From the NCBI RefSeq assembly GCF_026571515.1, contig NW_026860290.1, forward strand, positions 124,001-188,000: 64,000 nucleotides of DNA. The letters are read 5' to 3'. Source of the stretch: Ruditapes philippinarum (lineage: Eukaryota). The stretch's first letter is position 1. The number at the start of each line of letters is the position of its first letter. The translations under genes were made by a program, and so were the position numbers. Of this stretch, positions 37,472 to 52,400 are shown in pieces. A model generated the notes under the pieces. It saw nothing but the letters and a program-made list of their open reading frames with translations, was not told the DNA's origin and made no database searches.

Positions 37472-40400
37472 TTGTTATCAAATTTCTATATTTTAAATAG
37501 ATGCAAACATATGTTTGGAACTAAGTCAACAGTATAGAATTGATTACTGTCCAAGTTTTCTTAAGTTTCGAACTTATTATATAATAATAATATTAATAAG
37601 TGAATTGGTCTATAATGGATCGTCTTTTATACATTAGATAATTACGCTGATAATTTTTAGTATTAGACATAACAAGAAACCATAAACAATTAATATGTGC
37701 GTTGTTGAAAAATATGAGAGAAAGAACTGTCTTCAAAGGATAAGGCGTATGATATATAATGTTATAACGTTAATGCAACCGAAATTATAAATAACAAGAA
37801 GTATCTTTAAACGGAAGTAAAGCTGGTTTACATGCAAAATTATGTTATTTATAAGTGTTCAATACATAAAGAAATGCTTGCATAATAATGACATAATAAT
37901 CATTTCTTGTAGCACACAAATAACCATTTTGTAAACATTGAAATGAAATTATAGCATATTGATATTGATGATTTTTCAAAGTAGGACAACTTCTATTTAA
38001 GGTGTCCCTTTTACTTGTTTTACGTTTGACTTAATAAATTTTGTAATCATTTACAAATTAACCTAAAAGTTAAAGAACTATACTCATTCCTGTACATTTT
38101 ATTTTAGAACTATCCTTTACATTTCAATTTTATAGTGGCAAAACTATCCCTCACATTTTATCTTAGAATGGTAAGAACTATCCTTTACATTTTATTTTAG
38201 GATAACCAATGTGATTCACCGACTTCAATTTGTAATTTTAAAATGACCAATGGAAATCCTTCTCATATTCAGTCCTTCCCTGTTAATTTTACTCGAAGTC
38301 AAACTGATAACAGATGGACTTCGTCCGAAAATATATTAGTAAACGTTGACAAGAAGGAATCTGTGATTTGGGATTATCCTCGTTATTTATATTCCAAACA
38401 TATCCGGTGTCTGGCCCGCAGACGATACCGGAAGAGTTAATATAGAGGTCGCTGTCAAATTCGTAACCATCGTTGCACGTGGGCCTGCAAACACGTTTCT
38501 CGTCATTTTCTGATACACAGTTCATGTTTCCATTATCTAGTGTCGTTGGGTCCTTTCCACATTCTTAAAATATAAATTTTTAAGGGCATTTATTTCTTTA
38601 ATTTGTTAGATAATATAAACAAAATCTAAAATAATTGTTTTCCAACATCTTACCCACGACAGAAAATATTAAAATTAATATATTCAATAAAATATAGTAT
38701 TACATATCCACACAACTTAAATATGTTTTTTAGTCCGCCTGATAAATTCTGTAGGTTTCATAGGTTGAGCACATGACCCTTGTCAGGACACGTGATTTTC
38801 TGTGTCAATTTCATTGACAGAATTTCTACTACCACAGATTGATGTGGTGAAGTCGGTACTGGTAGTGAGGCCGAGATAACTCGTTATGTTTGCCTTCTTT
38901 ATATGATCCTAGATTATATACTAGTAATCAAAACATCGATGTCTAATTCATTGTATCCATTGTTGATTGTATGTTCCACTTTACAATTATTTTATAGAAC
39001 CTTAAATTATGTTGTATAACGAACGAACAAACGAACGATCGAGCAAACGCACAGACGGACAAACGAATGAACGAGAAAAAAGGAAGTTAACTCCGAATGA
39101 AACAATTCAAATTGTATTACCATTTATGCAAACAACGTTGGTTTCGCAGGGGACTGTTTTTGTACTATCGCCTTCACACTGTTTCCCGCCATTTATTGGG
39201 ATGGGGTTTTCACAGACACGTGACATCTGCTGCGTTCCAGATCCACATGTGACGGAACATTCACCACTTATCTCATAATCTGTCCAACCACCGTCAACTG
39301 AAAACAGTTACTAAAGCATAAAAATGTAAAAGACTGACAAACACGTGTCGTCTGCTATATTTCAGTCAACTGGACCATGTATTTTGAATATTTGTTAATA
39401 AAATAAATCAGCGTACCATACTCGCACTATGTAAAGAGTAAAAATAAATTTAAACCTCTAAATAGATTGGTGTTTGTGAAGTCAGCATTTATTTCATTGC
39501 TGAGCGGACACACCACCTCAGAGACAGTCAAACCTTGAAAAAAGACCACCGAAAAGAGAGGCCGAACAATGTCTTTTTAGACAAATGGTCTTATTTATGG
39601 TGGTATTTATTTGGAAGTGGTCTTTAACACTGGTTTCTGGATTTATTTTATTAATGTTGACTAACAACCATTTATATATGCATAACAATTGAACAAGTGC
39701 AATCTTTGATAGATCGGTAAACAAACTATTCAAAGGAATGTTACTTTTTATACAATTAACATATTCACATTTCTTTTTTATATCTAAGTAAAGCAAATAG
39801 ATATTCGATGTCCTATCTTTTCTAACTCATTACAAACACAAGAGAAAGCTGAATACTAACCAAAGTGGGTTTCACATAAGTCACCCTTAAAGCCAGCCGG
39901 ACAAACACAACTATATTTATCCTGTCCATCAATGCATGTAGCGTTGTTATCACACGCGTTGTCAAGGCAGTCATCGATATTGATCTCACAGAAACTTCCG
40001 GTAAAACCTCTTGCGCATGCGCATGAAAAGCCTCCAATAGAATCACTGCAGGAACCTCCGTTATGGCATGATGTATTATCACAGTTGTTGTCGACTTAAA
40101 GAAGAACATAGAGCTAAATCATGGATGCTATGTTCAAAGCTAAATATGTTATTGGTGTTTAGTTTTTTAAAAAGCAGGAAATAAAAATCGTTACGTACGT
40201 AATGTGACGTAAGATACAAAAAATGTCAGTATGGTTATGAGAAAAAATAATAATAACGAAAATTCTAATGTCAAAGAATTTGACTCCGTTCATAGACCGA
40301 TTAATCTAACTATTGGCTTCAAGACATGCAGTACAGAAAAAAATACAGTAGAAAATGTGAAAACCGGACCCTTTTCGGGTTCGTCCACAATCCTGTTTTC

Positions 40401-43400
40401 AGAGAATATTTAATACATGCTAAGCAAATACAGCCGTAGTGGTTCCGGTATTTAAAGGATGTTTTTTTCCGATGAATGTATTAAGGAAAATATGGGACTT
40501 CTAAACTATCGTCCGATTTTCAAAGAATTTCGGTTTTCATATGATCCGATTTACATAGGTTTTACAGTACTTCTCATTATACTCGGATATGCTATGATGA
40601 CATAAACAAAAAGGATATCGATTGTAACCTTACCATCACATTTGCTTTTTGTTATGATAAAGGATCCTTCAGTATCAGAGAACTGTTTCCAACTTATCAA
40701 ATCACCCTGACCTGTGTTAAAACACGTATCTGTTACAACTGGTGTAAATGATGTGACATCTGACCATATGTTCAACTGTGAAAATGAACCGATAAACCCT
40801 TCACCTGGAAAAAAAATATCTCTATATATATATATATATATAATTTTATTAAGTTAAAATTCGTCATGACAAAAAAAAACAACAAAACAAACATATTAAG
40901 TTTTCATAGTTTTCATTGAAAAATTTTGTAGTTGTTTTGTGACATCAAGTTGAACAATTTTTCAGTTATATGGTAACAGCTTGGAACTAACCGTCGGGTA
41001 ACCCTTTTACCTACTAACAGCAATTGAATCTATCCGTACGACCAGTGCAGACTAAGATAACCCGTGATATCTGATCATGGTCTGCACTGTTCAATATTCT
41101 TCCAATATATATATTTTCATTAAACATTTTGAAAATTTCCCTAACAGGATGAATGATATTGTCCGGCAAGTCAATTTAAGTCTACGCCTAACCTGGGTTA
41201 CACAAATCTAAAGTACAATTCAAAAGTTGCAGGAACTCGCAAAATTCCCTTATTACATTGCAGAAAAATTTAGCGAATCTATTTTTCGTGATATTCATTG
41301 CACGCGAATATAGCGAAGATTGATACCAGCGAAAATACCTGATATACGGTATTTAGTATGGTGGAGGTAAACATTTTTATAATATACTTATAAATGAAAT
41401 ATTGAAAAATATTGATGAAATAAAATGCCTTTTTCATCATCCGTATTTTGATATTCACTGTAAAAAAAGTATTTTTCACTGCAGTGAAACATTATTTTCC
41501 GTATTTTCACTTGTGCCTTGCCGGACTACTTTCTTCTAAATTCAGCCAATACATAAAATTAAAAGGGTATTCCTCCTTTTCATGAGATGAAAAAAGAGAA
41601 AACGTAAATAGAATATTCAAGTTGTTTTCTGTTAATACAGGATTTATTTTCATCTTATGGCTACTGCCACTCGTGAACTATTTATTTTCATACCACACGA
41701 TAAAAATAAATCCTGTATTTATAGAAGAAACTTCAGTATCCTCTACTTATTTTCACACATGTGTACATACTTGTTTGTGCACTATCCTTACCTCCTATTG
41801 TCACAGTGATATTCACAGGTGTTTCTGTGGACCTTTTTCTTCTTTGAGGAGACACTTGCTCTCTGAGAACTTCTGTACTGTCCAGGTATGTAATTATCTC
41901 AGTGCCAGAATACATGACTGTAATCTGCTTCCACATCATTGACCCGACTATACTCTCTCCAGTCGTGAACTGCTGTCTTTATTTCCAGAATATGAAAGTA
42001 TATTTAAAGTCCTATTAAAGGGTAATGAAATATTTAACGAAACGTTAAAGACCCATTATGTGTTCATTTTAATTTCTCTAAATCCTTTATATTTTTGCGC
42101 GATTTGTAAACCGTTTGATTATGGTCTGAACCAATAAATTGTGTGCAAATTTCCAGAGCTCGCCCAGGTTGTCCAGAATAATCATTTTTATTGTGAAAAA
42201 GATCCCAAAATGAAAAGCGTTGCAACGCTTATCATTACAGTCAGAGAAAAAAATGTACTATCAATCTAAATTTAATTTGAGTATATTTCTTTATGGTGTT
42301 TTGCAGTTTTTTCCCATTGCAATTAAAAAAAAATATTTTTTTGGTTCTTGCTCTTTTGGCTTTTTGACCTCTGTGGAGTTCCTTTAAGTCAGACTGTTGT
42401 TTAACATGAATTGCCGGCAAATGAGTGAAATAATATACTTATCCTACTGAGACAGCAGCTTTACTTTGCTAGGGAACACTTAATTTTGTTACCTTATATA
42501 AAAAACTTGTTAAAATTTTCTCCAAGTATGTGAAGCACAATGCTTTGAAAACCATGTGAATTTGCATTGTTTGAATCTTTTTTACTATAAATTTCGCAGG
42601 TTGTATACCAAATCAATTGTATTTTACGTTCAGAAAAGGATCGAATCAAATGTTATAAAACATCACTTTTTGCCTCCTCTGACTATGTTAAAACCGATAT
42701 AAAAATAAATAACTCACCCATTATAACCGACAACTATCATGTCGGAGTGGCTGATAGAAAGGTCTGTACTATCAGTGTCTGCTAGGGTTATCAAAGTGTC
42801 ACATTGAGTACACTTTACAAAGAATGTCAAGGTGAATTTACTAAGACTATCAACTTGTGTTTCGAGGGAACCCGGCGCTAGTTCTTCAGACTCGTTCAGT
42901 TGAGTGTACGTAATATCGAACTCTGAAATACAATATAATAATGTTAAATGGGAAGAAATTTTACCATTTCCCCTTGTTTGTTTCGTAATGAAAGCCTAAA
43001 TTTTATTTCTTTTAATCTTTTTCGTTGCTTTGGTACTAAGAAATACAAGTTTTCTTTATATATTCTGAGGATATAAAACAACATTATAGAAGCACATAAA
43101 TCACGTGTTTCTCCAGATGTTTTAGGCTAGTTGAATCTTTTATCGTAAAGAAGTGAAACAAGTTCCAACAGCCCTAGCGGATTGATTTTAAGAAACATCA
43201 TTTATAGAACTTTAATTCTATTACAGCAGCTGACATCATTTAAAAAAAATTCATCCTTTATTCTTAAAGTTACCCGGAAGTCACTTCATACCTTTGCATT
43301 GAGACCCGGATATTGACCCAGATTTAAGTGTAATTTGTGATCCCTGGCACTCTGTACATCCTACGCTTCCATAGTTTTCATTGTAGGATCCAAGGTCGCA

Positions 43401-46400
43401 AGCTGAGCAGGGCGGGGTACCAGTTGCAGAGTAGAAGCCAGGTTCACAAGCGTCTGAAAAAGTGGTAGCATTTTAGTCACGTTTTCTGATGATGTATTTA
43501 CAAAAGATATATTATATATATGCAAAAATTGTGAAAGTAGTTCCTCATACAAATTGATATTTTGACAAATGTGTTGACATTTCAGCTCCTTATTCTACCA
43601 GTGTTAGATACAGAAGATACAAAAGTACATGTATGTACAGTTTTGAATACTTGTTCGCGAATAATATAGCTGAAAACATTCAGGTAAATAAAAAAATATG
43701 TTCTTACATATTCCCGAGTTAAACCTTAAGTTTTATCCCCCAAAACGATATTTTATTTCTTAAAAGCTTTATATTTTCGTTGTTCTGTAACAGTGTTAGT
43801 AACAATATTCATTGACCGTTTAGCTGAACCATTATCATTTAATATTTTGTTTGGTTTGTCTTACTTTGCTTACGTTTTGCTACTTTTATTATGAAATATT
43901 TATCATTTCGCCTTCGCTTCGTTCACATGATAAGCATATAACATGCTCTAAATTCATTATAATTATAATCTTATGAATCAGAGTTGCCTTTTTCTTCAAT
44001 TTAAAAGTCCTTTTAGAAACAAATCATTACTTGAAGGTAAAATTCTGACATAGTCAGCAAATACACTACCTTCACACTGAGCTGCAGAGTTAGCTCCCGT
44101 AGTTTTGGTGGTTTTGCCGGTAGGACATTGCTTGCACGTGCTTTGTTTAGGCTCATCTTGATAGAAACCACGTGCGCATGCGCTGCAGGTGTTACCATCT
44201 ATGTCGTGGAAATATCCGACGCTACACTTAACTGAAAAAATGCACAGCATCAATTACTGGTAAACAATAAAAAAACACTTTTTGGCCGTATTTACAAAAT
44301 GACAAATTATAGAATAAGAATACCTATGAAGTCTTTTGGCGAAATAATGAGTATCTTTCATTACAGGCACACTAAGTCTCGGAAATAATTATGTTTATGT
44401 TCGTATCAAGAGAAAACATATGTTTATTTGTGTGCTAGTATTTAGGACATGTTCGGAGCTGATATAGCACCTAATGTCAATCAATTATTATAAACATAAC
44501 AGAATGCAAACAAATTGATATTTTGACTTCCATACAAAATATTTAGTCTATATTACTGCTCTGATTTCCAATACACAAAAGAATCTAAATTGAATTGGGC
44601 TACATGGCCAATTAGTACATATGTTTTGCTAAATTGTAACATAACACGAAAGTTAAAAAGACGAAAGGTCATTTACCACACTGCATTGTTGCTCTGTCAT
44701 AAGCACTTCCGGTTGAACATTCGCCCTCGATATGAGAAACGCTGGTTGTCGGGGACTCGGCCGAGAAGCCATCAATTTCCAAATTGTAGTCACCGTTCTC
44801 GGTAGCCTTAGAAACGGAATTCTTAATAGAATTTCTAGTAATTGCCTTTTCCGTCGCTGACAAGTCGTTTGAGAGTTCTACTGTCACTGTGAACGTAATT
44901 GTCGGGTCAGTGCTTTTTCGTTTTCTGCTTGAATCCCCAATTCTGTTTCCGCAAATGATCTGTCATTGATAATTTCATTAATTTAATAATGATTATGTTA
45001 ACGTAATTGACATTTTACGTTAAATTTATGCATTTTTCTTAACTTGTTTGAAAATTGGAAATGATTAAGTCAAGGATTTAACAAAAGCTGTCACAGGAGA
45101 AGTGCGCCCCATTTTTTCACACCTTTCTTTGTGGTGGAATAAATAAATAAATTAATAAATATATAAATAAATAAATAAATAAATAAATAAAATAAAACTT
45201 AAAATAAATAAATAAATAAATAAAAGTAAAGCTAAAATTAATAATTAGATAAAAAAATAAATAAAACTTTAATAAATAAATTAATAAANNNNNNNNNNNN
45301 NNNNNNNNNNNNNNNNNNNNNNNNNNNNNNNNNNNNNNNNNNNNNNNNNNNNNNNNNNNNNNNNNNNNNNNNNNNNNNNNNNNNNNNNNNNNNNNNNNNN
45401 NNNNNNNNNNNNNNNNNNNNNNNNNNNNNNNNNNNNNNNNNNNNNNNNNNNNNNNNNNNNNNNNNNNNNNGACAGAGCATTTTGGTTTACAGTCTTGTCC
45501 AGTGCCTTTATTGAACGCTTCAATGAACTTATTTTTTATATCTTCTCTAGCCTCGTCACAAGGTCCATCATAGTAATAGTACTCAAACTCGAGTTTTAAG
45601 ATAGTCAATAATCTTTCATTATCAACCTCTGTTTAAATAAATACAAAAATTTGTTTATAATGAGACTATTTTTGTTATGTTATACGGCTTCATCAAAGTG
45701 TATCATCTCAAGAAATGTACAATGTCATGATTTTGAATACTCAGCCATGCTTTTTCAGCATATCAGAAAAGTCTACAGGGTACTCAAAGGTTTTAGCTAA
45801 TTTATACAACAATATCAAAATTTATTGATTGTTATTGTGGTTAATGCAACATTTTTGTGTATAAACACATTCAGAAGCATGAGAACGCATCTAAAGCCTT
45901 TAAATGCGTTCTGATGCTTTTGCGGATATTTATTCAAAAAAATAATGTGCATTTAAACTGTTCTTGTAAATAAAAATGTCCTTCTGGCGAAAGCACTGTA
46001 TCTAGAAAGCACTGTTTGTGCTCCACGTGCTAGTGCGATGCCATTTGACAGGTATGTTTAAAAAATGAACTGAATTGGCCGTCATTGCATCGAAGCTGTT
46101 ACAACATCGCGCAATGGATCAAGAAAATCAATAACGGTGCAATTACGGCGCGTGACGCGCCACGAGAATCTTTCGGTTCATGCATGTTTTCTTTTCCGTA
46201 AATAAGTTGTCATGACCGCATTACTTCAGTATCTTAAAAAAGGAGTTCTTACTGACTAAATATACGTTTATCATAATCATACAATTAAACTCTAACTCGG
46301 TCTTGACGAAATCTTTTTCTATGTAACAATAAGAGCATCGAAATACGAGGCTATCTGATTTGTACGAGTGCTTTGATGTTCTTTCTCTTTTGTATTATAG

Positions 46401-49400
46401 GCAAAAAATTACAAAAAAACAACAACAACAAAGTCATATTGAGGTACACGTACGTACAGTGGTTACTTTTTTATAGGGTTTAGCATTGTCACGGCAGGGA
46501 ACGTGTTTTTTTTATCGTGAATCCCTTATTTGTCACACGTTTTTCCTCACCATTCCCCTTAACATGCATTCAAGATTCAAAAAGATGCTTCATCCGTCCA
46601 CGGATTTAAATTACATGTAATATAAATCCGTGATCCGTCAAACATTTTTTCTCGTCATTCACCTCAAATATTTCTTATCCGTTATACTTTTTTATTACCA
46701 TTCACCTCAAAACACATACATGATCCGTCACATTTCCCCCTTCACCATTTACTTCAAACACACCTATCTCTCACACATTTGTCCTCATCGTTTTCACTTC
46801 ACCTAAACAACAGCTTATTCGTACTTTTCCCCTCGACATTCACCTAGAGAACAAATCTTCCTATCACATATTGTTCCTTACTATCACTTCAAAAACCTAC
46901 CTTACCCCTCGTGCGTTTTCCCTCATCATTTACAATAATAACATACCGTCTCTGTCATATGCTATTTGTTACCATTAACATAAAAAACAAACTTTATACC
47001 GTAAACGTTATTTGTCACCATTTTAATACCTTGACTAACATACCTTGACAATTTGGAATCGTTGCAGATAGGTACCAATTACCAGAATCTCCGCACACAA
47101 GTAGGTTCTTTTGCAGACCTCTGTCATCCCTCTGTGTATTTTGATCGTTAGTAACCACGTACCCATCCTCACATAAAATTTGACAGAACTTTCCTTGCAG
47201 CCACGTGTCACAAGCCAACGCGCCATTATCTGGTGGGCGAAGTGCTGGACACTTGTTAATATCTACGAAAAATGTGATACAATATTAAAAGTTGATCTGC
47301 GCATAAAAATTTCCTCATGCATGAATCTTGAACACAGAGGATATTTTGTTTGCGTTTTTTTATTAATTTGGGACTGTTATAAAGTAATAGAAGCGGTGGC
47401 CTATGGGTTAAGTTGTCTGCATCTCGACCTTTGTGTAGTAGGTTCCAGTCTGCAAAAGGGTAACACTGATGTATAGATACCGGTCCTAGTTAGTTTCAGG
47501 GAAAGGATTTTTGAATGGTTAAAATAAGCTGTAAACATTCTTCTTTAATATTAGATAAACCATTCATTTTTATAGAACACAATACATGTTTGTTGCAAAA
47601 TACAAAATTGTATAATAAGCCAATTTTGGTACAAAATACCCAATACCTCGATTTCACATTAGGAAGTATTACCCATGCTTCAAAATGATTCTTCAAAATA
47701 GGACGATTACTTGAACATTTTTGTAATCATCTTAGGCTTTTAAAAACTTTATTATTTCTTATGTCTAAAAACTGCGTACTTTCACAGTATGGCTGGTTGT
47801 TCATGAATGTCCATCTACCGTACGGAACAATTTCGCCCGTTTTCTCACACTGCGCATGCGCAGGGCCATTCAACGCAGTACCATTGTCACAAATGAACTC
47901 ACAAGACGATCCAAATATTCTTCCTGTCGGGCAAACGACGCCAGTGTAAGGTAGAGGGTAAATCATATGACACTTTATCTCTGAAAAAAAATCAATTAGC
48001 CTGTGTACTTTTGTAGATTTTCCTGTTTTAAGTAGTGCAAAATTTAGCTCTACCTTTCGAACTCATTGCTATGATAAACGACGCAATTGAAACAGTCAGC
48101 CAATTTGCATAAAACTGTAAACACTGCAAAGGTTCATCAACTGATCAAAGTATAATTTGCGTTTTGCTTACATACATGTTTGAATAAATTTCGTATAATA
48201 CATATGTATTTATACATGATTGTATACATTTGTATTTATACATGAATGCATTTAGTTTGCTAATTTGCTAAGATCTCACTATATATAATATATTTGTTGA
48301 ATTAACAGTTATTATATCAGTTGCATATTACTGCGTGGGTTACCTCCCTTTGACCATTTCAGTAGACATCATCTTTTTTACGACATATTTTACGGTATAT
48401 GTAACGACAAATCTTACGTTTTACGACAACATTGAATTTGCAGATGGCAGTGTTATTTGCAGCATCAGAAGCCATGTATGTGACGGTATGCTCGCCAACG
48501 TCAAACACAGTTCCAGATTCAGGACCTGATATTCGAATCGTATTAACGATTTCACTGTTGTCCGTGGCTGTAATTATAATAGTTATTATATTAGTATATG
48601 TTATTAGAACGAGTAAAAAGTCATCGTTATGACGTCGTGTCAGTGGAGGATAATCCAGAACAACATCGAGTATCTAAATATAAGACTTTGTTTATCCTTT
48701 TTTTAAAATTTCATTTCAAAATAATATTATTTTGTTTTTATTTTTCAAAGATTAATGTGTGAGCATTTAACTTGATTTTATTAGTGTTTCATCATAAATT
48801 ATCTATGATTAATTAACCATTAACGTTAAATAAATGGTTGATTAAGCAATGATGTACTATCTATACAGAGCACATGCCTCTCTATGCACCAAAAATAGTT
48901 CCTGTCTATGCTCCAAAAATAGTTTCTGTGAACCTCTCAATACTCTTACGGAAAAATAGCGAAAATGGAAATAAAAGATTTTCATCTGTTAGATGGGTAG
49001 GAGGGTGAAAATTCCGCTATATCGTTCCTGTAACCGACAGACATAATTATATGGATACATTATTTGAAAATTGTACAACAGTTGTAATCACGAAGAGCCA
49101 GCTTTAAGCATTAGCCTTAAAGTTCATCGCACAGCTTTATGGTTGCTATTTCATTTTGAGATCGGTCCATATTTGTTTTGTTTTTTTTTCTTCAAATTTT
49201 GAACAAAAGAAAAGTTTGTTTATAAAATCTGCAGCAATAATTTGCAGTAATCTAAAATGACCAATGAAACTTCTTCTATTCAGTTTTTTTTCTGTAAGTG
49301 TTACAGGAAGTGCATCTGATTTTAGATGGCCTCCGACCAAAAGGAAACATATATCGCTAAATAGTTGTTATGTTTTGAAAAGTATTTTTTCCACTTACCA

Positions 49401-52400
49401 AGAGGTTCGTTCCACCAGGCTTTTCCGGAAGTTTTCGATCGCTCGGCGTACCCAACCTTTACATACGGGCAATTTTGAAACACTGGCGGCGATGTATCTG
49501 GTGAAAACATAAGCTTAGTGTTTAATTTTTTTTTTCATTAGCGAAAAAAAAATAAATACGTACCAGAAACAAAGTTTTGTTGCTTTTAACTGATGTGGAT
49601 TGTGTGAGAAAGAGAGATTGCATTGAATACATCTCCTTGTTTTGTATGTATGTCTAAGCTAGACTTACTTTTATAAACAGGTACTTGTTAGATCGTCGAA
49701 TCTTTACATAATTTATTAATTGATGAACTCATTTAAAGGCACATTAAGCCTCAAAATTGAACATATTTTCCTTCTGGGCAAACAAGTGTTTTATAATGCT
49801 GTAATGCAATAATTGGATTTAGAACATGCAAGATTCTTATCAACTGATAAAATAACGTCAAAAAGCGCAAAAGAAGCGAAAAATGGCTAAGGCATATGGC
49901 TAATGTGCATTTTAAGTGATCATTTGAGTGCTTTAGAAAAAGAAATGACAGCATATATGGGCCTTGAAAGATGGGCCTTAAAGAAGTTAAGTAAGGAATC
50001 CACAAGGCGGCGTTTTCCGGAACATTTTTTTTCAAAGAAGTGCATTATTAGCATGACACCTTAAAGTGTTAAGATTTAACAAAAATTGTTGATGTAACTT
50101 TTTTGTATGTGCGGTAAACAAAAGTTCTATTTATATATTTAAAATATATACAGCTGTATGTAGATTTTTTTTTTCGTATTATTTTTTATATTAGATGAAA
50201 CCCATTCGCTGACTTACGGTCATTTTACAGTCAACTACACAATCGCAAAGCACAGCTAACTGTTATTCTTCACACAAGCTAACTGTTATTCTTCACACAA
50301 GTAAATGCAAATCCATCAACACATATACACACCTTCACATATAGGCATCCTGCCCCTCCAATTGCCATACTCGTTGCAGACTCGAACCTTGCTGTGCCCG
50401 GGAAGTATGCTGTAACCATCTTTGCAGTTATATGAACACTTGCTTCGGTAATAGTTATTATCGGTGCAGGAAATATCAACGACGCCATATTGGCCGGTAG
50501 AAGGGAGAAGCTCGCTGCATTGAAGTTCTTGATGAAATAAAACATAAAGGTAATGTTTGACTGCTTTCTCAATTTATTCAGTTAATAAATACGTTATAAG
50601 TAAAATAGTAAATAGTACAAACCGACAGAACACAGGTAATATTCTTTGGCATGATTTCAACAGTGTAAGTATAAACTACAATTGTTGCATATTTTGGCAG
50701 GCTTTGCAATCACTTAGTCATTGGAATTTATTTTGTTTAGCTTGAGTAATGGATGAAATGTACATGTGCTAAACAATGCATTGGCGTAGACAGTGTAGAT
50801 CTGGGCGGACATTGATGATTCTAGATCGAACTGCCTATCTGTCGCTGTTTATCTGACAGACGAATGTTTACTTCCGTTTTAAAAACCGCTTGTTTACAGC
50901 CAAAATGCATATTACTACCATAGAAACATATATATAAATAGCAAGGAAAATACATAAACGTTATGGGAAAATCGCTATATTTTTAGAATAAAAAGATCGA
51001 ACAAATATCAATAAAATCGAAAAAAAATCCCTTCTCGTACATGTTCAAGGGAAGTAACCTGGCGGTAGTAGGAGTTGTCTCTCTTGTCCTGCCAATATGG
51101 CCGACTTAGAGTGTCTTTGAGCCAGTAACCTAAACGTTTGTACTTACATGTATATACGGTATATACATATCAAGGAAGTAACAGTAAATTTTTGTACATA
51201 CTTCGACAGTAAGGTTGAGTTGCCGTGTCCCATTGTTCCGAGTCCAAACATGTAGTTTTTGATGGACCAACTAGCTCGTGACCGCCATAGCAACCAAACC
51301 TACACACACTTCCACGTCGCATTTGGGAACTCACATGACAAATCTTCCAGCCATCTTGAATTTCACCCCATGTGGGACATACCAAAACTATGGTAGAAAA
51401 TACATATTTTCTTTATACATTTGTTATCTAGATTTTATTTCATGATTTAATGTGAATGTAGATGCTGGTTCATGGACAGTTTTTACAATTAATTAACACA
51501 TTACAAGAGAGTTGTGATGTGTATGGGTTCTTGTCAAAAGCCGCGAAAATAGTTTTCTTTCAAGATATATACCGAACCATAAAAGTAACTAACATACATT
51601 TTTTATAGTTATTGTAACTGTCGATATCCAGCTTTTCGATACGTTACTTTTTTATTCTTAAACATCATGGATGTCAGATATTGCCGAACCCGAATGCTTC
51701 GGAGGAACAATTAACTTAAGTGTAATGTTATGTGACTAACTTGACTAAATTGCTCTAAAATTTTACAGAAAACCCCCCAAACAAACAAAACATAAACATA
51801 CTTTTTACAATGACATAGAATGAGCACGAAGCGTAGTTGCCTGCCTTGTCCTTTGCAGTATATGTTATTTTCGTAGTCCTCGAAAACAGTTTTCCAGGTG
51901 CTTTTCCAGATCGTACGGGTCTGAAACAGGTGAACAATGATATTTGATTTAAATAGATATTGTTTACAATGAAAATCAAAGAGTGAAAAAAGAAGAAATA
52001 AGCAACAACAACAATAAATAATTAACATGTACAGACTCAATGAAACCTAATCTGCAATTTTTATGTAATTTTGTGGATATTCATGCTTCTGAGAGATCAG
52101 TCTTTTTCCAGTTTTTTTATACGTATTGCAACGGAGCTCTTGCTTACCATTTAATATATATTTGCGAAGATTATATCTTACGTAATTGGGCCATCTCGAT
52201 CGTCGTTGGCTGAGATAGTTCTTTCGTCCCACCATACTTTTGTGTTTATCTGGAAAGGATCTGCAACTGCTTCTATATTTGGCGGACATTTTATAGTTGG
52301 TCTGGTCGTATCCCTCGGTGGGCAACTACGGCCACTTCCTCCTCTGCCGCAACCCAAAACCACGGAGTTACATACCAACCATAACAATAGTATAGCAACA

